Below, piece by piece: positions 18,836-28,930 of a DNA stretch of 64,000 nucleotides. The stretch is from Bacteroidales bacterium (GTDB lineage: Bacteria; Bacteroidota; Bacteroidia; Bacteroidales; WCHB1-69): assembly GCA_017649855.1 (NCBI GenBank), contig JAGCGA010000007.1:65339-129338 (forward strand), in the 5' to 3' direction. The position numbers and the translations under genes are program-made. Each line of letters opens with the position of its first letter. Positions within the stretch are counted from its first letter, which is position 1. The notes beneath the pieces were generated by a model. The model ran no database searches. It saw nothing but the letters and a program-made list of their open reading frames with translations, and had not been told where the DNA came from.

Positions 18836-19921
18836 ATGTTAGGAATCAACATCAACCAGAATCGCATTTTTGGTCTGGACTTACTGCGAGCTCTGGCCAT
18901 CGTGCTGGTTGTGCATGGTCATGGCGCACACCTGCTGCAAGGCACAGCCCTGTCCGGTGTTCTCAACCTCCCCATGCCTGACACTGTCGATATCTTTTTT
19001 GTACTCAGTGGATTTCTGATCGGGACTGCCTTCCTGTCCTATGCTGAAAAGCATCAACGGGTGGACTGGGGCAAAAACCTGCGCTTCTATGCACGCTCCG
19101 CCTTGAGGATACTGCCCAACTACTATTTCATCCTTTTGATATACTATGTTCTGGTTCATGGACAGATAATTGCCGGTGACACCCAAGCACTCTCTATTTG
19201 GTATTTCATCACCTTCACCCAAAACCTGTTCTCGCCCTTTTACAACTTTTACTGGGAGTCGTGGACCCTGCCTGTGCAATGGTGGTTTTACCTGCTATTT
19301 CCGCTCATACTTGCCCTTCTCACGCCACGAATCAAGGCGAAGCATGCGGTTCCGGTCATCAGCTGTCTTTTCATCCTATTGTCGCTAGTGTATAGATACT
19401 GCGTTGCCAGCCATGCCACGGATCCGTTCTGGTGGGGTGTCTGGATCCGCAAAACCGTCGCCTCGCGATGCGACAGCATCTATCTGGGTGTGTTGGCAGC
19501 CTGGCTGTACACTTACTGCCCCAACTTCTGGAAACGCCACTCGGGGAAATGCCTGATCGCAGGACTGCTCCTATTGGCCTTCATCCTTATATTTCCTCGG
19601 ACTTTTGGCTCCTTTTATGTCAACGTAATCTTATTGACACTTTCCCCCTTAGCCTTTGCCTTGTGTCTCCCGTCTCTTTCGGGCATCCGCAGCAGCAAGA
19701 CCATCTTGGGTGGAATCCTATCCCATATCAGCATCCTTTCCTATGCCATGTATCTTGTCAACCTGATGATCATTCAGATTATCAGTGCCAACTTTGCCGA
19801 GACTTTCAGTCAGTGGGGAGCGTGGGGATATCTTGTTTATTGGGTATGTGTCCTAGTGGCCTCCTACCTGCTTTACATGCTGGTAGAGAAGCCCTTCACC
19901 TTACTCCGAAATCGCCTTTAA
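18836..19921 (+). CDS. acyltransferase family 3 membrane protein
   Basis: GLDLLRALAIVLVVHGH N-terminal motif, about 10 TM segments. Confidence 0.75.
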   Translation: MLGININQNRIFGLDLLRALAIVLVVHGHGAHLLQGTALSGVLNLPMPDTVDIFFVLSGFLIGTAFLSYAEKHQRVDWGKNLRFYARSALRILPNYYFILLIYYVLVHGQIIAGDTQALSIWYFITFTQNLFSPFYNFYWESWTLPVQWWFYLLFPLILALLTPRIKAKHAVPVISCLFILLSLVYRYCVASHATDPFWWGVWIRKTVASRCDSIYLGVLAAWLYTYCPNFWKRHSGKCLIAGLLLLAFILIFPRTFGSFYVNVILLTLSPLAFALCLPSLSGIRSSKTILGGILSHISILSYAMYLVNLMIIQIISANFAETFSQWGAWGYLVYWVCVLVASYLLYMLVEKPFTLLRNRL

Positions 19922-20623
19922 GTCCTCATCATTCCGGGCCATCTCATCCTCGGAATCCTGGGGAGTCTGTTTCTTGCGGTCCATCCAGCCGGGGAGATAG
20001 GAGGCGAGCACTATCACGACGACGAACAGGGCGAAAATGCCCAAGAGCACATACAGGACGATTCTGCGGGTATGCATGGGGTTGCGCACCTTTTGCACCG
20101 GCATGGGCTGAGGTTGATAATCCTCCACCATATCATAGGTGCTGAGGTCTCCATCGTCATAGAACGTGTCTGCGTAGAAGACGGTCAGTCCGGCAGGCTC
20201 ATTATTCTGCGTGGATGGCAGCACTTCGATGGTCACGGGCTTCAATTGGGTCTTCTTGCCATTGACAACAATCTCATTGGCAGGGATTGTCCAAGTACCG
20301 ACCGTGTCGGCAACCAGATAGAAGATGCACTCCCGACGGGTCTTGGAGTATTTCTTCCCATTCTCCACCTTGACAGCACTGCTCATATTGGAAGCTTGCC
20401 CATTGACCATGAAGGGACCGAAGTCCGGATCGTTGATGTCGGCCTTGGCATTGGTGATGACCGTATAGGTGAAGAGTTCACCCTTGGCCACCTGCTTGGG
20501 GGCGCGCACCTCACAGGTAGACTTGAACGACTGGTTTTTCGTCTGGGCCGACAGAGGCAGAAGCTGTACGGCCGACAGTATCAACACCGAAAGAAGAAGA
20601 CGGTAAGCGCGATGTATGTTCAT
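19901..20623 (-). CDS. BatD-like protein, short form with C-terminal TM anchor
   Basis: Signal peptide. One BatD-type Ig-like module (GELFTYTV...GTWTIPANEIVVNGKKTQLKPVTIEV). TM segment IVLYVLLGIFALFVVVIVLA. Confidence 0.55.
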   Translation of the reverse strand: MNIHRAYRLLLSVLILSAVQLLPLSAQTKNQSFKSTCEVRAPKQVAKGELFTYTVITNAKADINDPDFGPFMVNGQASNMSSAVKVENGKKYSKTRRECIFYLVADTVGTWTIPANEIVVNGKKTQLKPVTIEVLPSTQNNEPAGLTVFYADTFYDDGDLSTYDMVEDYQPQPMPVQKVRNPMHTRRIVLYVLLGIFALFVVVIVLASYLPGWMDRKKQTPQDSEDEMARNDEDLKAISE

Positions 20624-20628
20624 GCTGG

Positions 20629-21990
20629 CTAGATTTTATAGGTTTTGGCCTTGCTGGTGGATTTGTTGGAGTCGTCGGCAGGATGACTCGGACCGGGGGT
20701 CACCTCCAGATGGTAGTCTTGCGAGGTGATGGTCTTGTGGCTTCCCGACTCGTAATCATAATAGATATAGGAGGCGCCGGGGATGTAGAAGGTTCCCTCC
20801 GAGCGCGGAATAATCGTGAATTTGAAAGTCTTGGTACCCGTGATATAGTCACCCTTGGCGGTGATGTTCGAGACCACTTTCGGATAGGTGACGTCACAAT
20901 CCGCAGGAAACTCGATGCCTAGGTCTTCCGCGGTGATCTTGTGCAGGTTGCCGCTCCCGGACACGGTGACGGAGAGGACCACCCGCTCGTTGGGATGACA
21001 TTCGGTACGGCTCAGGTTGGAAGTCATGGTGAAGCCCCCCACTACCTCGGTCGTTCCGGCATAGGCACCCGGGAGGGCCTTGACCTTAACAGCTATCTCG
21101 TTGGATGTCAGAGAAAGCTCTTTGCGACGATAGGAAGAAAAGCTTCCCCAGAAGGGATCCTGAACCTGGGCTGGCACTCGCACAGCAAGGGTCACATTCA
21201 GCTTGGGGATGGTCAGCTTGCCGGTCTTGGTTGGGTAAGCCGCCACCTGTTTGAACACGAAGACATTATAATTGCTGCCATTGATCTTCTCCTCCATTCT
21301 TTCCTGACGGATAAGATCCAGATTCTCCAGCCAAAAGTCGTCGGTTGCATTGAACGAGGCCCGCTCCACATTGCAGGAGAGATCATCCTTGACATAGAGC
21401 CGGTAGGTCACCACGATGCCCTCCCCTTGGTAGGCTTCCAGCTTGGAAGAGGTGGCCTTCAGGAGGATGTCGTCCTTGCCGATTTTGACATCTGACTTCC
21501 GCTCGTCGCTTTTGGACGAAGGCTCTGAGGGCTGTCCCCACTGTGGAAACTCAAACGAAGGGAACATGTCATCCCACCCCGACATCCGGTCGTCCTGGCT
21601 CTTGGCAGTTCTGGAGACGGTCACGGTCACGGGGTTACTCTTCACCACTCTGCCGTCTATGGAGAGGGAGACGCCAGGGATCGTGAAGGTGCCCTCCTTT
21701 TTGCCACTCAATTGATAGGTGTAGGTATAGGTAGTGCTCTGGTCCACATGGCCATTCACCATGGAGATAGAGGTGCTGGTCCCGATGCTGGGTCCGCTCA
21801 CCAATTCAAACTTGCCAAAGTCTGTGGAGACAATCTCGCCTCGGGAGGAGACCGAAACCGTATACTGGAACGGTCTGTCGAGGGGCACTTCAGAAGGGGC
21901 TTTAGCATAACAGGTATCCTGGGCCGAAGCCGTCCAGGAAGAAACCAACATACACAGAATCAAGCAAATACTAAAATGCAACTTCTTCAT
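20629..21990 (-). CDS. BatD-like protein, long form without TM anchor
   Basis: Signal peptide. N-module PFQYTVSV...GPSIGTSTSISMVNG...GTFTIPGVSLSIDGRVVKSNPVTVTV, typical of BatD, plus further beta modules. Confidence 0.6.
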   Translation of the reverse strand: MKKLHFSICLILCMLVSSWTASAQDTCYAKAPSEVPLDRPFQYTVSVSSRGEIVSTDFGKFELVSGPSIGTSTSISMVNGHVDQSTTYTYTYQLSGKKEGTFTIPGVSLSIDGRVVKSNPVTVTVSRTAKSQDDRMSGWDDMFPSFEFPQWGQPSEPSSKSDERKSDVKIGKDDILLKATSSKLEAYQGEGIVVTYRLYVKDDLSCNVERASFNATDDFWLENLDLIRQERMEEKINGSNYNVFVFKQVAAYPTKTGKLTIPKLNVTLAVRVPAQVQDPFWGSFSSYRRKELSLTSNEIAVKVKALPGAYAGTTEVVGGFTMTSNLSRTECHPNERVVLSVTVSGSGNLHKITAEDLGIEFPADCDVTYPKVVSNITAKGDYITGTKTFKFTIIPRSEGTFYIPGASYIYYDYESGSHKTITSQDYHLEVTPGPSHPADDSNKSTSKAKTYKI

Positions 21991-22055
21991 ACAAGCAATA
22001 TTTAATAAAAGCGCCTAATAAACGAAGTCGGACGGGTTTTATTGTGACTGGAGGA

Positions 22056-22688
22056 TTATTTTCTCCCGAAGTCGGCAGGTATCTCGCCCCAGGCAGGCGT
22101 GTCCCACTTATAGATGGGTGTGGAATAGGTGTTGGTACGGAGCCAGTACTCAGCACGGTTCAGGAGGTCGAAGATGGCAGCATTCTCCTCCGTGGGCAGT
22201 ATGATGGACTTATGCTTCTTGGCGCGCACCCAAGCCATCGCCGTGACACTATCGGTATAAATAGGAATCTGCAAGTTCCTTTGTTTCAGGAGGGCCAAGC
22301 CATGCACCAGGGCCAAGAACTCGCCGATATTGTTGCTGGCACCCGGGAAGGGCCCTTGGTGGAACCAGACCTCGTGAGTCCCCGTGTGCACGCCGCGATA
22401 CTCCATCACCTTCGTGACCGTATTCCAGGCGGCATCCACCGACAGGCTCTCCAGAATAGGCTTGTGGTCGGCAGAGAGGACGGCAGCCTGCTTGGGAGAC
22501 ACGGGATGGGAGCGGTAGAAGGCCTCATATCCCTGCTCAAAAGCCGCCTGCGCATCTGTTAAATTAAGAAATGATTTATATTTGGCACCCTCGCAATTCA
22601 GAACCTGCTGCTTGCACTCTTCCCACGTCTCATAGATTCCCGGAGCAGCCCCTTTCCATACCACATAAAATTTTTTTTGTCTATTCAT
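22056..22688 (-). CDS. rnhA: ribonuclease HI with N-terminal hybrid-binding domain
   Basis: HBD: KKFYVVWKGAAPGIYETWEECKQQV. RNase H core with NNIGEFLALVHGL and IYTDS. Start set to MNRQKK (22688). Confidence 0.8.
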   Translation of the reverse strand: MNRQKKFYVVWKGAAPGIYETWEECKQQVLNCEGAKYKSFLNLTDAQAAFEQGYEAFYRSHPVSPKQAAVLSADHKPILESLSVDAAWNTVTKVMEYRGVHTGTHEVWFHQGPFPGASNNIGEFLALVHGLALLKQRNLQIPIYTDSVTAMAWVRAKKHKSIILPTEENAAIFDLLNRAEYWLRTNTYSTPIYKWDTPAWGEIPADFGRK

Positions 22689-22724
22689 ATTTTTTGTATT
22701 ATTGCACTTGCTTAAAATATCTTG

Positions 22725-22732
22725 CAAAAATA
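22725..22732 (-). promoter_or_regulatory. -7 box TATTTTTG
   Basis: 37 nt upstream of the rnhA ATG at 22688. Confidence 0.4.
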
Positions 22733-22749
22733 ATTTAATTATCTATTCG

Positions 22750-23268
22750 ATGACTGGGCTATTCAAAAAAAATCAAAATTTTATTCTACTTACAGCTTTA
22801 CTTGTAATATTCTGTATTACAGCGACTTCGTGCAAAAACGGAGTGTTCTCCAAAAAGGAGAAAGAGATTACAGTAGCCCATACATTCCCCAATACTAACT
22901 GGGCTTTCGAGGAACAGGTGCTCACCTTTGATTTTGATAATCCTGACACTACAGCCAACTATCAGATCAGTTTCATCCTGAATTATGATCCCCAAACCAT
23001 CACCATGGAAGAGATTCCTGTGACGGTCACTTTGACGGCGCCCAACGGTATGGAGTCGTTCGTCACGAGCACCTTCCGGCTAAAAGAGACCGATGCGCTC
23101 ACGATAAACGAGTCCGACGGGAGCCGGAATCAGGAATTGGTGGTATTCCCCAAGAAAGACCTGCGCATGAGCGGTCGTTACAGCGTCTCCATGTACAGAA
23201 AAGCGGTCAAGGCTGACAACTATGGTTTCAAGAAGTTGTCCTTGCGCGTCAAGGAAGTTAAAGAGTAG
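22750..23268 (+). CDS. GldH-like lipoprotein
   Basis: Lipobox ITATSC. Layout NW.F...L.F.F......Y.I ... APNG ... GRYSVSMY resembles GldH as I remember it. Start at MTGLF (22750). Confidence 0.4.
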   Translation: MTGLFKKNQNFILLTALLVIFCITATSCKNGVFSKKEKEITVAHTFPNTNWAFEEQVLTFDFDNPDTTANYQISFILNYDPQTITMEEIPVTVTLTAPNGMESFVTSTFRLKETDALTINESDGSRNQELVVFPKKDLRMSGRYSVSMYRKAVKADNYGFKKLSLRVKEVKE

Positions 23269-23320
23269 GCACGTGTCGGCATTTGAATCATCTCAAGAAA
23301 AAACACAAAAACTCACAAAT

Positions 23321-24103
23321 ATGAAACAACCAAAATGTAAAGTACTGCTCGTAGATGACAGCGAGAATTTGTTATATGTCATCAAAGACTACTTGGAGCT
23401 ATCAGGTTACACAGTCTATGATTTTATGGATGAAAAATTGGCTGAACGTTCTCTATCCTCCCACAACTACAGCATCTGCATTATCGACATCATGTCGAAG
23501 GGGAAAGAGAGCTTCGCCCTTCTTCAGGAGATTCGGAAGAACAACGACTCGCTTCCGGTCATTATCCTCACGGCCAACACCTCCAAGGAAGACCGCATCA
23601 AGGCTTTCAAGTATGGCTGTGACGACTACATCACAAAGCCCTTCTCCATCGAGGAGTTGGAATTACGCATGAGAGCCATTTTGAGACGTTGCAGTATCCC
23701 CACCAACAAGCCCTCCATCGTTTATGAGGACAAGATTTACAAGATGGGGAATTTTATTTTCAACTTCTCTAGTATGCAGCTGATCCACCCGAAGATCACG
23801 CGCACCCTCACCCGCAAGGAGGCTCATCTGTTGCAACTATTGCTGGAGCATAAGAACAAGCTCATCCCCCGCGAGGTCATCTTGAAAGAGATTTGGGGCG
23901 AAGAAGACCACTCCGTCAGTCGGAGCATGGACGTCTTCCTCACCAAGTTACGCTCCTATTTGGAGGTTGACAACGAGGAGTACATCTTGCCCAAGGAGGC
24001 CGGAAAGCGCAAGACGCTCTACAAGGAAGGTTACGAGCCTTTGGTAGAGATCGTCAACTTCCACGGTGCAGGCTATATGTTGAAAATCAGAGAAACCGAG
24101 TAA
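23321..24103 (+). CDS. OmpR-family response regulator
   Basis: Receiver KVLLVDDSE...IIDIM...ILTA...ITKPF, then winged-helix LTRKEAHLLQLL...VSRSMDVFLTKLR. Start at MKQPK (23321). Confidence 0.85.
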   Translation: MKQPKCKVLLVDDSENLLYVIKDYLELSGYTVYDFMDEKLAERSLSSHNYSICIIDIMSKGKESFALLQEIRKNNDSLPVIILTANTSKEDRIKAFKYGCDDYITKPFSIEELELRMRAILRRCSIPTNKPSIVYEDKIYKMGNFIFNFSSMQLIHPKITRTLTRKEAHLLQLLLEHKNKLIPREVILKEIWGEEDHSVSRSMDVFLTKLRSYLEVDNEEYILPKEAGKRKTLYKEGYEPLVEIVNFHGAGYMLKIRETE

Positions 24104-24113
24104 CCACCATATT

Positions 24114-24989
24114 ATGATGATCGACCATCTTTACGACAGTGTCGCCAAGAGGGGACACGTCTGTGTCGGCTTGGACACCGACTACAGCTATTTGCCGCCG
24201 GCCATGGCTTCCAAATATCCGGACATCACCGATGGCTTGTTCCAGTTCAACAAGGCCATCATCGACGCCACCTTGGACGTAGCAGCCTGCTACAAGGTGC
24301 AGATTGCCTATTACGAGTCGTTTGGCATCCCGGGGTTGGTAGCTTACCAGCGTACCTTGCAGTATCTGCGGTCATTGAAGGCGATCACGATTGCCGACAT
24401 CAAGCGTGGCGACATCGCCAAGACCGCAGAGATGTATGCCAAGGCCCACTTCGCGGGCGACTTTGAAGCTGACTTCATCACCTTGAGTCCCTACATGGGT
24501 CTGGACAGCCTGTCGCCCTACCTGCCCTATCTCAAAGAGAAGGGCAAGGGGGTCTTTGTCTTGATCCGCACCTCCAACGAGGGGGCGAAAGACATCGAGT
24601 ACCTGCCCATCGGAGAGGGTCGCCGCGTCTATCATGAAGTCGGGGAGAAGCTCAATGCCATGGGCAAGGAGTTCCTGGGGCATTGTGGTTATTCAGCCAT
24701 CGGCGGTGTCATGGGGTGCACCCATGCGGACGAGGCGGCGGAGATCCGCGAGCGTCTGGACACCACCTTCTTCCTGATTCCCGGCTACGGGGCGCAGGGA
24801 GGCAAGGCTGAAGATATCGCCCGTTACCTGCATCAAGGCAACGGCGGGGTGGTCAACTCGTCCCGTGGTATCCTGCTGGCCTACCGCAAACAGGAACATG
24901 GTGAAGAAGACATAGCCGCATGCGCCCGCGCCGAAGCCATCCGTATGCGCGACGACATCCTCAACGCCATCCGCCAACAAGGAATGTGA
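24114..24989 (+). CDS. pyrF: orotidine 5-prime-phosphate decarboxylase (type 2)
   Basis: CVGLDTD, ADIKRGDIAKT, GYGAQGG. Confidence 0.85.
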   Translation: MMIDHLYDSVAKRGHVCVGLDTDYSYLPPAMASKYPDITDGLFQFNKAIIDATLDVAACYKVQIAYYESFGIPGLVAYQRTLQYLRSLKAITIADIKRGDIAKTAEMYAKAHFAGDFEADFITLSPYMGLDSLSPYLPYLKEKGKGVFVLIRTSNEGAKDIEYLPIGEGRRVYHEVGEKLNAMGKEFLGHCGYSAIGGVMGCTHADEAAEIRERLDTTFFLIPGYGAQGGKAEDIARYLHQGNGGVVNSSRGILLAYRKQEHGEEDIAACARAEAIRMRDDILNAIRQQGM

Positions 24990-25000
24990 CATTTAACTAC

Positions 25001-25750
25001 ATGGCCGTGAAATATTTTCAATCCACCGTCCTATCCAACATCCAGATCACAGACGACATCTTTGTGATGACTGTACTCCGTCACGGAGCCAGCGCCTCCG
25101 CGGGGCAGTTTTTCATGCTCAAATGCTGGGACCAGGAGTTGACGCTGATGCGCCCCATCAGCGTCTTTCAGGCCACCGAGGAGCATCTTCTCTTCATGTA
25201 CCGCATCGTCGGCCAGGGCACCCGCAAGCTTGCCATGCTGCAGGAAGGCGACCCCATCTCCCTGCTGGGAGGTCTGGGCAACGGATACCCGCTGGAAGAG
25301 CTACACGGGCGCATCGCCGTCTTGGGCGGTGGCGTGGGCATTCCCCCACTCTCCCTGACAGCCCGGATGCTACAAGCACAAGGATGCACCGTGGACGCCT
25401 ACTTGGGCTACCGCGACCAGCTCTTTGCCTTGGATGCCTTTGAGCCATATTGTGCCGACATCTTCGTCTCCTCCGAGCAGGGCCCTGAAGGCTACCGCGG
25501 CTTCATCACAGACTTGCTCAAGCCCGAGTTATACGATGCCGTGCTCACGTGCGGCCCCGAGGTGATGATGCGCAAGGTGGCCCAGCTATGCGCCGCCCAA
25601 CAGGTCACCTGCTGGTGCTCCATGGAACACCGCATGGCCTGCGGCATCGGTGCCTGTCTCGGCTGCAGCATCCCTACCAGTGAAGGCATGAAACGGGTCT
25701 GCAAAGACGGCCCCATCTTTTTATCCACCCATCTCTTTCAAGAAGCATAA
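25001..25750 (+). CDS. pyrK: dihydroorotate dehydrogenase electron-transfer subunit
   Basis: FAD/NAD-binding layout and C-terminal 2Fe-2S cluster CGIGACLGC...C. Start at MAVKYF (25001). Confidence 0.85.
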   Translation: MAVKYFQSTVLSNIQITDDIFVMTVLRHGASASAGQFFMLKCWDQELTLMRPISVFQATEEHLLFMYRIVGQGTRKLAMLQEGDPISLLGGLGNGYPLEELHGRIAVLGGGVGIPPLSLTARMLQAQGCTVDAYLGYRDQLFALDAFEPYCADIFVSSEQGPEGYRGFITDLLKPELYDAVLTCGPEVMMRKVAQLCAAQQVTCWCSMEHRMACGIGACLGCSIPTSEGMKRVCKDGPIFLSTHLFQEA

Positions 25751-25752
25751 CT

Positions 25753-26655
25753 ATGGCAAATCTGCAGACCTCTGTCAACGGGATACCCTTCAAGAACCCC
25801 ATCATCGCAGCCTCCGGCACATTCGGCTTCGGGGAGGAATACCACCAACTGTTTGATGTCAGCTGCCTGGGCGGCATCAGTTCCAAAGGACTGACCTTGA
25901 AGCCCAAGGATGGCAACCTGGGCATCCGGGTGTATGAGACCCCTTCGGGCATGATGAACAGTGTGGGGCTGCAGAACCCTGGCATTGAGGCATTCATCGA
26001 GCACTACATCCCCGTCATGCGCCAGTGGGACACCGTCCTGATTGCCAACATGGGCGGGCACAGTATGGACGACTACGTGACTGGCGCCTCCATGCTCTCC
26101 GAGGCAGACATCGACATGCTGGAGCTCAACATCTCCTGTCCCAACGTCAAGAGCGGAGGCATGGCTTTCGGCATCAAGGCCGAAGTGGCTGCCGAAGTGG
26201 TCGCGGCCGTGCGCAAAGTGTGTCACAAACCGCTGATTGTCAAGCTCTCGCCCAACGCCGAGAACATCGTCGAGATGGCGAAGGCGTGCGAGGGTGCGGG
26301 CGCCGACTCCTTGTCGCTGATCAACACCTTCCAGGCCATGGCCATTGACATCCACCGCCGCAAGCCGATATTCAACAACGTCTATGCCGGCCTCTCCGGT
26401 GCCGCCATCCGACCCATCGCGCTCCGCATGGTACACTCTGTCGCCAAGGCGGTCAAGATCCCCGTCATCGGCTTAGGCGGCATCACCAGCGCCGAAGACG
26501 CACTCGCCTTCATGATGGCCGGCGCCTCCGCCGTCCAAATCGGCACCGTCAACTTCACCACCCCGGATGCGGGAAAGATAATCGTGGAAGAGCTCAACAC
26601 CCTCTGCGAGCAAGAACATATCGAAAGCATTCAGGACATCGTGGGCATCCTGTAG
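25753..26655 (+). CDS. pyrD: dihydroorotate dehydrogenase 1B catalytic subunit
   Basis: NPIIAASGTFGFG, ELNISCPNVK, GLGGI. Confidence 0.9.
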   Translation: MANLQTSVNGIPFKNPIIAASGTFGFGEEYHQLFDVSCLGGISSKGLTLKPKDGNLGIRVYETPSGMMNSVGLQNPGIEAFIEHYIPVMRQWDTVLIANMGGHSMDDYVTGASMLSEADIDMLELNISCPNVKSGGMAFGIKAEVAAEVVAAVRKVCHKPLIVKLSPNAENIVEMAKACEGAGADSLSLINTFQAMAIDIHRRKPIFNNVYAGLSGAAIRPIALRMVHSVAKAVKIPVIGLGGITSAEDALAFMMAGASAVQIGTVNFTTPDAGKIIVEELNTLCEQEHIESIQDIVGIL

Positions 26656-26703
26656 GACGCCACCCTGTTTCTCATAAACTCCAAAGACAAAATCACCTAC
26701 ACA

Positions 26704-27186
26704 ATGAAGACCTTAGAACTCACCTCCAAGATATTCGAATATGAGCGGGAAGAACTCCCGCACGAGGTAGCCATGCTATTGGCCAAGGCCGAAGATGCCG
26801 CCAAACGCGCCTATTCCCCCTACTCCCGCTTTCAGGTGGGCGCCGCCATATTGTTGAACAACGGGGTGGTCGTCACCGGCAGCAACCAGGAAAACGCCGT
26901 CTATCCCTGCGGTCTCTGCGCAGAGCGCACGGCAGCCTTCTCCGCGTCCGCCCAATATCCGGAGGTGCCTTTCTCCAAGATCGCCATCACCGCCATCAAC
27001 CCCGACGAGCCGCTTTCGATGCCCGTGTCGCCCTGCGGCAGCTGCCGCCAAGTGCTCTATGAGTACGAACAGAAGTTCAACCAGCCTATCGAGGTCATCT
27101 TGTCGGGACAGACCGGCCCCATCTACATTCTGCGATGCGTGGCCGACCTGCTGCCCTACACCTTCCATGCTGGCTTTCTGCCCTAA
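26704..27186 (+). CDS. cdd: cytidine deaminase
   Basis: Zinc motifs CAERTA and PCGSCRQ. Confidence 0.85.
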   Translation: MKTLELTSKIFEYEREELPHEVAMLLAKAEDAAKRAYSPYSRFQVGAAILLNNGVVVTGSNQENAVYPCGLCAERTAAFSASAQYPEVPFSKIAITAINPDEPLSMPVSPCGSCRQVLYEYEQKFNQPIEVILSGQTGPIYILRCVADLLPYTFHAGFLP

Positions 27187-28919
27187 GACTTCTTCAGCTG
27201 ATCTTTCGCATTCAAATTCTTCATAAACGCGGATTCTATAAAGGAGAATCGACGTAAGGTATTGTTGGAGAATACCATGAACAATATCACCAACAGCGTG
27301 ATCAAGATGATGACCCACTTGGTATAGCTGAAGAACTTCACCAAGATGGAGAAGACAAAGAATCCGGCGATGATAAAACGGAAAATGGTCCAGACGGTGA
27401 TCACCACCACATTCCCCTTGTTGATCTTAACCAACTCCATGTAGAGCTCCCGCGTCTTCTGGCTATTATAGACAATGCCATAGAGGAACGGCGTGACCAG
27501 CAGCAAGACACCTGCGGCAAACAGCAGATTGTACCACCATCTGGGGATCTTTTGCAGCAGTTCTATCTTGCCCATAAAGGGAACCAGATAATTGAAGATG
27601 AGAAACAGCAACGCGAAGCTGACTACCGAGAAGATCAGCACTCGGGGCAATGTGCTGGATATGATGCTCTTCCAATCCTTCTTGCCAGACTCATTGCCCA
27701 AGAGAGAGTATTCGTCGAGCCGGGACTTGAGGCTGGGCGACATCTTCCGGCACAAGAAAGCATAGGCAGGCTTTCCGGCACGGATCCAATAGGGCGTGGT
27801 GAAGGTCGTGATGACAGAGGAGGCGATGATGACCGGGTAGATATAGGAAGGCATCACCCCTTGGGCGACACCCACTGCCGCAATGATGAAGGCGAACTCG
27901 CCGATCTGAGAGAGGGTGAAGCCGGTCTTGACAGAGTCCTCGAGGTTGGCACCCGCCAGCACTGCGGAGAGTGTGGAGATGAAGGCTTTTACAATCAGTG
28001 TGATGAGCACCAACGACAGCACCAACTTCCAGTATTGCTGCAACACCGCCGGCTCTATCATCATACCGACAGAGACGAAGAAGATGGCGCTGAAGAGGTC
28101 TTTGATGCTCTTGGTGAGTTCTTCTATACGATGGCTCTCCACCGTCTCGGAGAGGATAGAGCCTATGACAAAGGCACCCAGAGCGGAAGAGAAGCCCACC
28201 TTGTTGGCGATGATCACCATACCAAAGCAGAGTCCAATGGAGATAATCAACAGGTTCTCGTCGTTGATATAGTTCTTGGCGACTCTAAAGAAGGAAGGTA
28301 TCAAATAGATGCCGATGACAAACCAGAGGATGAGGAAGAAGACCAGCTTGACGATGCTCATCACCATCTCCTTGCCGGCAGAAGCGTTCTTGCTGGCTGC
28401 CACCGTGGACATCAAAACCATCATCACCACCGCCACGATGTCCTGAATGATTAGCACCACCATGGTGAGGTCGGCAAAGGACTCCCCTTTCAGCTTCAAG
28501 TCATCAAACGCTTTGATGATAATGGCGGTGGACGACATGGACAACATGCCGCCCAGGAAGATGCTCTGCATGATATCCCAGTCCATGATCAGACCGAGCA
28601 GCACGCCCACGCCCATCATGCCGAGGATGCCGACGATGGCTGTCACAAAGGCTTTGCTACCCACAGAGAAAAGCTTTCGGAAGCTGAATTCAAGACCCAG
28701 ACCGAACATCATGAAGATAATACCGATCTCGGACCACACCTCCACATCGGCCACATCAGTGACAGTGGGGAAGATATGCAGGTGCGGACCCACGAGAAAT
28801 CCGGCCACGAGATAGCCGAGCACCAAGGGCTGTTTCAGCAATTTGAAGATGATAGTGACGACACCGGCAGAAATCAATATCAGGGCGAGGTCGGATACGA
28901 GACGAAGGTTTTCAGACAT
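27183..28919 (-). CDS. cation:proton antiporter (CPA2-like)
   Basis: 578 aa, polytopic, Na/H-exchanger-type N-terminal 400 aa. Extra C-terminal TM region. No TrkA domain seen. Confidence 0.7.
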   Translation of the reverse strand: MSENLRLVSDLALILISAGVVTIIFKLLKQPLVLGYLVAGFLVGPHLHIFPTVTDVADVEVWSEIGIIFMMFGLGLEFSFRKLFSVGSKAFVTAIVGILGMMGVGVLLGLIMDWDIMQSIFLGGMLSMSSTAIIIKAFDDLKLKGESFADLTMVVLIIQDIVAVVMMVLMSTVAASKNASAGKEMVMSIVKLVFFLILWFVIGIYLIPSFFRVAKNYINDENLLIISIGLCFGMVIIANKVGFSSALGAFVIGSILSETVESHRIEELTKSIKDLFSAIFFVSVGMMIEPAVLQQYWKLVLSLVLITLIVKAFISTLSAVLAGANLEDSVKTGFTLSQIGEFAFIIAAVGVAQGVMPSYIYPVIIASSVITTFTTPYWIRAGKPAYAFLCRKMSPSLKSRLDEYSLLGNESGKKDWKSIISSTLPRVLIFSVVSFALLFLIFNYLVPFMGKIELLQKIPRWWYNLLFAAGVLLLVTPFLYGIVYNSQKTRELYMELVKINKGNVVVITVWTIFRFIIAGFFVFSILVKFFSYTKWVIILITLLVILFMVFSNNTLRRFSFIESAFMKNLNAKDQLKKS

Positions 28920-28930
28920 CTTATTTCAGT

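Noticed and set aside
19901-21990. BatD-like pair as a frameshifted pseudogene
   Set aside because: Each ORF has its own start codon and its own signal peptide, and the two are separated by a clean stop plus 5 nt. I treat them as two genes.
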